A DNA stretch of 54,515 nt from a virus (lineage: Duplodnaviria > Heunggongvirae > Uroviricota > Caudoviricetes), in the IMG/VR virus record IMGVR_UViG_3300003691_000001, positions 64,001-118,515 of that record; one strand, written 5' to 3'. The position numbers and the translations under genes are program-made. Of this stretch, positions 8,510-16,497 are shown one piece after another (position 1 is the first letter of the stretch; every line of letters begins with the position of its first letter). The notes under the pieces are model-generated. The model was not told where the DNA came from and did not search any database. It saw only the letters and a list, made by a program, of their open reading frames with translations.

Positions 8510-10741
8510 TTAAGTCGTATTATCTGATCTAGATGTTTCTAGCCAAGATGTCCCGTTATATCTCAGGGAGAGCGTGTCATTCACTGACGTCAGAGAGAAG
8601 TCTCCTGCAAGAGCTAAATTCCCTGTACCGTCCTTAGCTACTATAGTCCTAGCCTCTGCAGCTGCTGTAAGTACCAATGCATCTCCTATAGACCCTCCAT
8701 TTATTGTATCCAAGTCATCTGTTGCAGCATCAGCTTCTGTATCAATTGTATGATATCCCTTTGTTGCTGTAACTACACCTGTTGCAATAGTAAGCTCCGT
8801 AGGAGTTCCCAATGAAAAACTTCCTGTCACTTGGAGTTGTGTAGCTGTTATGTCTTTATTAGTAAGAGTCTGCGTTGCATCTTCTAAAACCACAGTTCCA
8901 GAGGCATCTGGAACAGTTAGTACTACATCGGTTCCTGTTGTAATACCACTTAATTCAAACTGAGTTGTTTTAGTTTCATCGGTATTATCTATCAGCTTGA
9001 AGGCGGTATCTATAAAATCTGTACCTACGGCTGCGGTGCCGCCTGCAAATATAGAAGGGATGCTTCCCCTTAAATCTTCATTCTGCAGTAGTGTCCATGT
9101 GCCTGAGGCTTGAGTTTGATGCCTGTAAGTTAACCTTGCAATCAAAAACCCTGTTCCTCTGTACGCATCTGGTATATTGTAATTAGTGGTTTTATCATTA
9201 TCTGCTATAGCTGCATTATCACTATTATAACTACCGCTAGGTAAGTTGATGATCAACTTACAATCTGTAGCGTCTTCAGAAACAATACCCCAAAGGACAA
9301 GGTTGAATCTAGAGGATGCCATTGAGGACCCTGTACTATCTGTTAACAAGGTATTTAGATCTGTAGCCTTTATATAAGGGGTTGTATTATCATTTACCAC
9401 GTACACGCTATCTGAAACTGATGTATCAAAACTTGGGAATGTGTGAGCGTGTAATTGCAGTGCCGTTCCTGAAGAAGTTGCTATATTTACATTATCTGCT
9501 GATCCACCATTAGTGGTAATAGAGGGTGTGAGGACTATCCCTGTTTCCCATGTAGCATGTTGATTTCTTATCCAGGTATTAATGTGTGATACGTGACCCA
9601 TTGAGCCTGTGTCAGATAAATTGTCCGACCACTTATGGCATTTATAACAACCATCTGTTTGTAATGAAGCTGCACTCTGTACAACTATCGTTGCTACTGG
9701 TACTATTTGAACCCCTGTTGGAAAGCCAGATGTATTCGCTGTTAGTACTCCTGTTGATTTAGGAATAAAAACATAATTTAAAGTAGGAGCTGTATCAGTA
9801 CCTGCTGTAAGTGTTACAGTCGCTGCAGGAGTCGAATCAAAGGTTGTGAATAGTGCATCAAAGAATAAAGAAAGATCGCCACCCCCGTTTTTCTCTATAG
9901 ATAATGTGACTACAGTTCCGTTACTGGTAACTGTTACACTTGTATTTTCTAAAACTGCTCCGTTGAATATCTTTATTACATCTGCTGTATTACTGGACTT
10001 ATCTATATGTACTTCTATTATACCTGCTGTAGCATGGACAGTGCTTACTGTTCCTACGGAAATAATAAAGTTAGGGCTCGAGGGTGCAGTTGCTGTAATA
10101 GCTCCATCTGTGGTATCTAAATACAGAACCTGTCCTGCTGAGTAAGACGATGTATTAACATCTCTTACTGATCCAATTCGTGTTACTATTCCTACCGTAG
10201 TATCTTCAACGTCATGAGTGGCTATGCCTACAGTGGGTACAGATGTGGCTGCTGTATTTGAATTGGCCAGGGCTACCGTAGGTACTCCACCACTTTCCCC
10301 ATTTATGTAAACTACTGAACCGTTGGTTATTGTAGCCCCTGTGCTATTCAGAGCCCTGAACCAAACTTCTTGTCCAACTTGAAGAGTAACATCTGGTTCA
10401 TCATTGTAGACAGCTAAGCACTTGTTAATGTTATCATAGAACATTAACCCTTCAGAATGTGCAGGGGCTGCTGCCACTCCTAATTGGACGTCCCCATCCT
10501 TTAATGTAACTCCATCAATGGATATACCATTAGCAGGCGTATTCTCTGCAAGAGTATCTACTGTTGCAGTACCTGTTACCGTTAATCCCCCATTAACTTT
10601 TGCATCTGTTGTACTTACTTGGAGTGCTGTAGCATCCCCTGTACCATCCTCTACATTCTTTAATGATGCAGTTACACCACCTTCCACATGCAGGAGATTA
10701 CCATATGTAGCAGCAGGGGTGCGACTTGTTAAGTCTGTCAT
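8510..10741 (-). CDS. Virion fibre protein, probable head fibre (743 aa)
   Basis: Thr/Gly/Ser-rich beta-structured protein with a cement-like domain (NSTGATITNGSVVYI...GIATHD...GQVLYL); directly downstream of the spike base and anchor genes. Confidence 0.6.
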   Translation of the reverse strand: MTDLTSRTPAATYGNLLHVEGGVTASLKNVEDGTGDATALQVSTTDAKVNGGLTVTGTATVDTLAENTPANGISIDGVTLKDGDVQLGVAAAPAHSEGLMFYDNINKCLAVYNDEPDVTLQVGQEVWFRALNSTGATITNGSVVYINGESGGVPTVALANSNTAATSVPTVGIATHDVEDTTVGIVTRIGSVRDVNTSSYSAGQVLYLDTTDGAITATAPSSPNFIISVGTVSTVHATAGIIEVHIDKSSNTADVIKIFNGAVLENTSVTVTSNGTVVTLSIEKNGGGDLSLFFDALFTTFDSTPAATVTLTAGTDTAPTLNYVFIPKSTGVLTANTSGFPTGVQIVPVATIVVQSAASLQTDGCYKCHKWSDNLSDTGSMGHVSHINTWIRNQHATWETGIVLTPSITTNGGSADNVNIATSSGTALQLHAHTFPSFDTSVSDSVYVVNDNTTPYIKATDLNTLLTDSTGSSMASSRFNLVLWGIVSEDATDCKLIINLPSGSYNSDNAAIADNDKTTNYNIPDAYRGTGFLIARLTYRHQTQASGTWTLLQNEDLRGSIPSIFAGGTAAVGTDFIDTAFKLIDNTDETKTTQFELSGITTGTDVVLTVPDASGTVVLEDATQTLTNKDITATQLQVTGSFSLGTPTELTIATGVVTATKGYHTIDTEADAATDDLDTINGGSIGDALVLTAAAEARTIVAKDGTGNLALAGDFSLTSVNDTLSLRYNGTSWLETSRSDNTT

Positions 10742-10756
10742 TCTAAATCACCTTTA

Positions 10757-10879
10757 TTATTGAACATTTTCCCATGTACGGGTTTCTAGATCCCAACTAT
10801 TAATATTCGTATTTAACCAACTACGAAGTATTAACCCTCCTATAGCGATTTGTACTAGTCCCACTCCTAATCCTATCAT
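10757..10879 (-). CDS. 40-aa head-spike anchor peptide (not in ORF track)
   Basis: MIGLGVGLVQIAIGGLILRSWLNTNINSWDLETRTWENVQ; GGAGG RBS; N-terminus resembles the MIALGLGLGL peptide of the RcGTA head fibre. Confidence 0.7.
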   Translation of the reverse strand: MIGLGVGLVQIAIGGLILRSWLNTNINSWDLETRTWENVQ

Positions 10880-10888
10880 GGTACCTCC

Positions 10889-11161
10889 TTAGTATAAGGC
10901 CACTAGATTAGTAGCTGAAGTGTTTGTCGTATACACTCTACTCACCCTTAGAGGTAGTATAGTCCCTGCAACTGCGCCTGAAAAAGTTATATTGCTTCCA
11001 ACCCCTACCATATCTACTGTAATGGTTCCACTACCTCCTACATAGATTGCGCGTGTAGGGGTTGTAAGGTCTGTACCATCGCTGGTTGTAATTGCTTCGC
11101 TATTTAGTGCAGGAGCTTCAAGACTGTTAGATTCAAATTGGTAAGATGTTGGATTCGTCAT
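10889..11161 (-). CDS. Head spike base protein (RcGTA Rcc01079-like)
   Basis: 90 aa; AITTSDGTDL..PTRAIYVGGSG..V.M....TFSGAVAGTILPLRVSRVYTTNTSATNLVALY matches the family pattern. Confidence 0.8.
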   Translation of the reverse strand: MTNPTSYQFESNSLEAPALNSEAITTSDGTDLTTPTRAIYVGGSGTITVDMVGVGSNITFSGAVAGTILPLRVSRVYTTNTSATNLVALY

Positions 11162-11199
11162 GTACGCCTCTCTCGATGCCCAGTGATGGGCTTAAATTA

Positions 11200-11706
11200 T
11201 TACTTAGATCCTGTAGTTTTCTTAACTACAACTTTCTTATCTGTGGTAGTAGTTTTCTTTACAGCCTCTGCCTCTTTCTTAGCTGCTGCTGCTATTTTCT
11301 TTGCAGTCTCTGCTTTAGCTGCTTTACGTTCAGCCTCTTGAGCCTTGTCTTCTGCAATCTTTCTATCTGATAAGATTTTAGCTGCTTTCTGTGCATCAGT
11401 CTTCATCTTAGCTTCACGTTCTCTTCGAAGTTTGGCTTCGTCTTCAATTTCTGCATCTGTCTTCTGCTTTGGAATAGATAGTAATTTATCCCCAAACACT
11501 TCATTGACAATTGCAATGTCGCTAGGATTTGCAATAACATTACAAGATACTAATGAACTAGCAGACATTTCAGATTCTATAATACCGTTAGCATTAATGT
11601 ATTTAATTCTTCCAAGGTGTTCTATACTACCTACAATGCGTTTCTCATCTTTAGTAAGAACTGCACCAGATTGTACAAAACAGATACCATTTGGATATTT
11701 AAACAT
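11200..11706 (-). CDS. Hypothetical protein with Lys/Ala/Glu-rich coiled-coil C-terminus
   Basis: 168-aa ORF with GGTGA RBS, in operon order. Confidence 0.65.
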   Translation of the reverse strand: MFKYPNGICFVQSGAVLTKDEKRIVGSIEHLGRIKYINANGIIESEMSASSLVSCNVIANPSDIAIVNEVFGDKLLSIPKQKTDAEIEDEAKLRREREAKMKTDAQKAAKILSDRKIAEDKAQEAERKAAKAETAKKIAAAAKKEAEAVKKTTTTDKKVVVKKTTGSK

Positions 11707-11721
11707 GTATGTTCACCTTTT

Positions 11722-11749
11722 AAAATAAAGCCCCTAGTTAAAGGGGCTT
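11722..11749 (-). terminator. Rho-independent terminator
   Basis: AAGCCCCT-TTAACT-AGGGGCTT followed by TATTTT on minus strand. Confidence 0.65.
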
Positions 11750-11761
11750 AACATCTCAGAC

Positions 11762-12079
11762 TTAAGCAGAGATTTCGATAATTTCGATAGGGGTAGTTGC
11801 ACCACTTGCAATTGCGTATAACGCTGAAGTGGTCTCAAGTGTAATCAATTGTGCAGAGGCTGGTGCCAAAGCGAAGCCATTGGCTGACGTTGCTGGATTT
11901 GCGCCTGCTATGAAAATAGTTTGAGTTGCGTGAGTGTTCTTCAATGTTACAGAAGCACGAGTATCATTCGCAGCTAGTAGTAATGAAGATGTTGCACCAA
12001 TATCGACTGTAGAGCAAGACAGTGTACTTGCTCCTTGTAAGATATGGATGTCTGGGTATGCACTTACTGGATTAGCCAT
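11762..12079 (-). CDS. Probable capsid decoration / minor head protein
   Basis: 105-aa Ala/Thr/Ser-rich beta protein immediately after the capsid gene. Confidence 0.55.
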   Translation of the reverse strand: MANPVSAYPDIHILQGASTLSCSTVDIGATSSLLLAANDTRASVTLKNTHATQTIFIAGANPATSANGFALAPASAQLITLETTSALYAIASGATTPIEIIEISA

Positions 12080-12140
12080 AATTCTTTATTCTCCTGAATA
12101 TATAATCACAGGGGCGTTAGCCCCTATGTAGTTATTGATT

Positions 12141-13121
12141 TTATTGAGTCTTAATGACACAACCACCAATGTTCTTAGAATCCGAAGCAACTTGATCCCA
12201 GTTAGTACCGGTAATCAATGCAGCGTTATTCGGGTTAGCCAAACCGTTAGCAATATCCCAAGAGAATCCCTTAAGACCTAGGGTGTATGCGTACTCACCT
12301 TGGTAACGGATAGACAAGTTAGGTAAACCTGTTTGAAGTTGTGAAACGATGTTACGCTCTTCACTTTCTTCAACAGTAATTGCACCTGTCATTAGAGCTA
12401 AACAACTGTACTCGTCAGGAGTAGGGGTAGTGTTGATTAATCCGGCAACGTCAGAAACGATTACAGGACGACCCAAAGATGCAATAGTACCTTGGTGGAT
12501 AGTTACAGAGGCTACATCAACAATCTTGTCTGCAATAGACTGATTCATTAGATCGTAGTACTGCTTAGAGTGCATTACGAATGCTTTAACATTCTTACCT
12601 TGATCTCCAAACTTAGCCATACCTTGAACAAGGTTAGCATGGTTCAATGTACCGGCAGTACCGTCTACAAGGTGAACCTGTTGGAAGGCTGCATTGGCTG
12701 CAGGAAGTGCACTGTTCACGTAGTCACCTACGATTGCACGGCCCCACTGCTCACCCAAGATGAAAGACATCTCTTCAGGATCTCGTGAGATTTTCTTGAA
12801 TGAATCAAGAGTCTGTAGAACAGGCCCAATTCGTCTGTCAAGTTTCACTTTAATGTGGTCATCGTGACCCATGACTGCATCCGTAACAGGAGTCTGCTGT
12901 GCAGCACTGTTAGCTTGCGAATCACGGTGGTTAATCAAAGAAGAAATCTCAGTGAAGAAAGACTCCTGATCATAATTACCACGATGGTTTTTTGTGTTAA
13001 GGATGATGGTTCCACCAGACGCTGCATTAAAAACGTCAGTATCTTGCATCAATACTTCAGTTGCACCGGAGTGGAACTGCTCTTGGTAAATCTTAAAATC
13101 ACCTGCTACACCTGTAGGCAT
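12141..13121 (-). CDS. Major capsid protein
   Basis: 326 aa; follows scaffold; DFKIYQEQF...VFNAASGG and QGEYAYTLGLKGFSWD motifs; AAGGA RBS. Confidence 0.9.
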   Translation of the reverse strand: MPTGVAGDFKIYQEQFHSGATEVLMQDTDVFNAASGGTIILNTKNHRGNYDQESFFTEISSLINHRDSQANSAAQQTPVTDAVMGHDDHIKVKLDRRIGPVLQTLDSFKKISRDPEEMSFILGEQWGRAIVGDYVNSALPAANAAFQQVHLVDGTAGTLNHANLVQGMAKFGDQGKNVKAFVMHSKQYYDLMNQSIADKIVDVASVTIHQGTIASLGRPVIVSDVAGLINTTPTPDEYSCLALMTGAITVEESEERNIVSQLQTGLPNLSIRYQGEYAYTLGLKGFSWDIANGLANPNNAALITGTNWDQVASDSKNIGGCVIKTQ

Positions 13122-13241
13122 AATCTGTTTTCCTTTATTTTACTATAGTGTTGGGAGTATTCCCGTTAAGTTTAAGGGGCCTAAACCCCTTGGGTTGCTC
13201 TCCATCACACCTCAGGCAATCTGGAGTATAGCGTGTAGAGC

Positions 13242-13997
13242 TTAAGCCATGAGAGCGAAATACTTCTCTTGTCCATGCTCTTTTACATAGTCTGATTTCT
13301 GTTTGACAGTCATCTTTGATCGTTGAAGGTCTGCAGTTCCCTTAGGGAGTGCATCACCGATGTTACCCTTAGCACCTCCACCTCCTACACCTGAGGAGCC
13401 GAACCAAGTACCGTATCGTTCATCTTCTTTATATTCTTCAACTAGTTGTGGGATAGTCATGAATTCACCACTTGCACCATACATACGCGGGTTACCGTCT
13501 CGCATGATGCGCGCCTTGAAATCATCACCCTCTGGTACGACCTGGATATGCTTTGAAAGTACATCCTGTGCCAAATAAGGTTGAGCCCCTGCTTCTACTA
13601 ATGCAGAAGTAAGCTGTGCATCGATTAAGTTCTTCTTCAGTGCGTGATCCTTACGATCTAATAAGGCTTTCATATCCTTACGCTCTACTTCAAAACCCTG
13701 TAACATTTCATCTCGACGGTACTCCCATCGCTCTTCATGCGACATCTCTTGCTGACGAAGCTTTTCGGCTTCTGCCATCTGTGCATCAAACTTTTCAAAA
13801 TCGTACCGGTTATTAATATCATCTAGGGCTGTCTTAGCGGTACGCTTTTCTTCAATAAGCTCTTGATTTTTATTCAGCAACCCTTCAACACCTTTGTCGT
13901 AGTCAGCTTTGAATTGGTCTTTATATCGCAACTCTGCTGCAGCTTCAACGGCTTTCTGGAACTCTTCTGAATTCTTATCAATCTCTTTATCTGACAT
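13242..13997 (-). CDS. Capsid scaffolding protein
   Basis: Coiled-coil (GLLNKNQELIEEK), GGGAKG tail, C-terminal KSDYVKEHGQEKYFAL; between minor head and capsid genes. Confidence 0.85.
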   Translation of the reverse strand: MSDKEIDKNSEEFQKAVEAAAELRYKDQFKADYDKGVEGLLNKNQELIEEKRTAKTALDDINNRYDFEKFDAQMAEAEKLRQQEMSHEERWEYRRDEMLQGFEVERKDMKALLDRKDHALKKNLIDAQLTSALVEAGAQPYLAQDVLSKHIQVVPEGDDFKARIMRDGNPRMYGASGEFMTIPQLVEEYKEDERYGTWFGSSGVGGGGAKGNIGDALPKGTADLQRSKMTVKQKSDYVKEHGQEKYFALMA

Positions 13998-14064
13998 TTT
14001 TAATTCCTCTGGAATAGTGGTCGTCGGCTTCTGCCAACTAGTGTGTGGACTGGATGTCCTAATG

Positions 14065-15015
14065 TCACTTACGTGACTTTTCTCTTAGCTGTGGAAGAGT
14101 TAACTCCCTTCCTGCAACTGTTGTAAACTTATCAAGCTTAATCTTCCCTGAAAGGAAGAGCGCTGCTTTTCCCTTGCCAAGGATATCCTCAACCTGTTCT
14201 CTAGGTAAGCTCCTAAGGAACTCTGAGTAAGATTGTGGAACCTTTGCACCTTGTACGTAGGGTACAATGATTGATCTGCAATTATGATGGGCAGGAGGAG
14301 TTGGACCTTCTCCTACTCTATACACCTTATTACTCCTTCCCATACATACTGGGGTAGTGCGGTTATCTAATACACTAATCCATCTGTACTTATTAATGCC
14401 TCGCTGTTTCCAAGTCCACAATTTAGCTCTGCTAATGTAACCTTGTATTACAGTACGAGTAATGCTATCCACATGTCTAATGGTGGAAGCAAAGCTGCCG
14501 TCTGCAAAGCGTCTTGTACGTGTACCTCGTACTCGCCTTGCAATCGTTGTAATATTTTCATTATCTGCAACCCCTGTACGTATTTGAGAAGCTGTTTGAC
14601 TCTTAACAGAAGATCGTAGATCCATCATATGCCTTCTATAAGATTTACCTAATATTAAAGAAGCTAATATGACAGGCACAACCTTATCTATCTTCTCTCC
14701 TGCTATAGGTTCCTGAACCCCAGTTATAGGCACGAGGTTATTATCCTCTTTCTCTATAACAAGTTCAGATAAATCCTTGTACTCTCTGAGACTAAGGGTT
14801 TCAATCTTTTTGAAAGCGGCATCCACTAGGTTATTTATCCGCTTAATACGGTTACTAACATCTTTGTTAGAATTACTATCCATCCTCAGGATGACATCGT
14901 AAATATCTTCTCTAAGCTTATTCAATATAGGAAGGACACCTTTTATATGCCCCGCCTTCATGCGTTCATAACCTATTGCATCAAGTATCGCTTGGGGTAC
15001 CAGACTCTGTGGCAT
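14065..15015 (-). CDS. Minor head protein (SPP1 gp7 / Mu gpF family)
   Basis: YRWISVLDNRTTPVC and PPAHHNCRS motifs. Confidence 0.9.
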   Translation of the reverse strand: MPQSLVPQAILDAIGYERMKAGHIKGVLPILNKLREDIYDVILRMDSNSNKDVSNRIKRINNLVDAAFKKIETLSLREYKDLSELVIEKEDNNLVPITGVQEPIAGEKIDKVVPVILASLILGKSYRRHMMDLRSSVKSQTASQIRTGVADNENITTIARRVRGTRTRRFADGSFASTIRHVDSITRTVIQGYISRAKLWTWKQRGINKYRWISVLDNRTTPVCMGRSNKVYRVGEGPTPPAHHNCRSIIVPYVQGAKVPQSYSEFLRSLPREQVEDILGKGKAALFLSGKIKLDKFTTVAGRELTLPQLREKSRK

Positions 15016-16486
15016 CTTCTTCTCCTGGTACAGGAGTTATTGCTTCAGGTTCCATACCTGGTGCAGGTCCTTCCTCTTCAATCTCATCCATCACATCTTC
15101 ATTGGTTTTAAGCTCTGAGATGATTTCTCCACCACGTAAGTTGTTCAACAGAACACTATGGGAGATTGCACCTGATTGCCATGCTGTAATCAACGCAAGT
15201 ACATCTTGGTGAGATAAACGTGTTGCATAAAAGTCTTTGTTTAACCGGTACCGAATGTCTCCACTAGACCCTATCCAATCTGCTAACCATGTAAATAGTT
15301 TCTCGAATGCATCTGATATATTATCAGCAACACAGGCAAGCTGGGAGGCTTCTCCTGAGCGTCTTAGATGTACACTCTCTGCAGCTTCACTTCCTTTAGA
15401 AGTAGCATCTTGTATGATCCTAGCCCCTAGGCCTACCATCTCTTGCTCTTTCATGTCCATAGCTGTTTTAATTAATGGGCGATCTGCTTTAGACTCGAGT
15501 AAACCTACTGTGGCTTGGTCTGGAAGTAACCATGTGACACTACTACCTATTGTAAGGTTACCCTTATTCTCTTCTATGAAGTTCTTATCAAGGCCTGTGA
15601 TATATGATGTAGGTTGTCCAATCATAAACACAGATTGTTCAAAGTCTGCTGAGTTACGGTAATGGGCTAGATTAAGTTGCGCCAAGTCGTAAAAAGGGGG
15701 TGTGTTAGGCTTAGGGCTGAATGTCTCACTACCTATGAATATGAAAGGTATGTAATGAAGAGGCTTACCACCTATCTGTGTAGGTTTGTGCTTCTCGAAT
15801 GAGTTGTACACCCTATATTCTTCGCCTTTATCATCAAGCGCTGTACCGGCTTTATATCGCTCCTGTACATACTCTCCTGATTCATCAAGGTACATCTTTA
15901 GGTATACACGATCTTCATCACGTATATCGCCTTGCTGGATACCATCAATTATACCCTCTTCAACGATAACAAAGGATAGTACCGTTTTAGCACCTATACG
16001 AACTGTACCCCAGTTCAGTATGGTCTCTGGAGAAAATGCTGCAAAATGTCCCTGTATATTATTTTCGCGTTCATCTGCAAGGGTCACGATACCCTCGCTA
16101 CTTGGAAAATCTACCATTACTCCGCATCTGCCTTGTGGTATTACATCCCTTGCAACTTGCTTAGCAAACTGTGTTAATGTATTACCTTGACCATCTGCGT
16201 CTTCTCTTATATATTCAATACCACTTGGAACTGTTACCTCCGCTTCCTTTCTGAAAATGGCTCCCTGATATCCTTCAAGTGTCCTGGCAGTAGCGTTATA
16301 AAACACTGCCCTTGTCTGGTAAGCTTTATAACGATCATCTGTATAATCCGAAGGTTTCGGTAAGTACGTCTCACCTCTTAGATCGATGTCTCTCTTCCCT
16401 GCTAGGACATCTCTTATCATTAACCAGCGTGATTGGTACGTTGTGTAATATGGGTGTTCTAGCTCACCGCTTTGTAATGTTGCCAT
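14981..16486 (-). CDS. Portal protein (DUF4055-type)
   Basis: 501 aa after terL; HPYY...W..IRD, RAVFYNATART, NLAHYRNSAD motifs. Confidence 0.9.
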   Translation of the reverse strand: MATLQSGELEHPYYTTYQSRWLMIRDVLAGKRDIDLRGETYLPKPSDYTDDRYKAYQTRAVFYNATARTLEGYQGAIFRKEAEVTVPSGIEYIREDADGQGNTLTQFAKQVARDVIPQGRCGVMVDFPSSEGIVTLADERENNIQGHFAAFSPETILNWGTVRIGAKTVLSFVIVEEGIIDGIQQGDIRDEDRVYLKMYLDESGEYVQERYKAGTALDDKGEEYRVYNSFEKHKPTQIGGKPLHYIPFIFIGSETFSPKPNTPPFYDLAQLNLAHYRNSADFEQSVFMIGQPTSYITGLDKNFIEENKGNLTIGSSVTWLLPDQATVGLLESKADRPLIKTAMDMKEQEMVGLGARIIQDATSKGSEAAESVHLRRSGEASQLACVADNISDAFEKLFTWLADWIGSSGDIRYRLNKDFYATRLSHQDVLALITAWQSGAISHSVLLNNLRGGEIISELKTNEDVMDEIEEEGPAPGMEPEAITPVPGEEDATESGTPSDT

Positions 16487-16497
16487 GTGATGTCCTG

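Noticed and set aside
11146-11370. 74-aa Cys/Phe-rich ORF on plus strand
   Set aside because: Antisense to the Lys/Ala-rich tail of 11200..11706.
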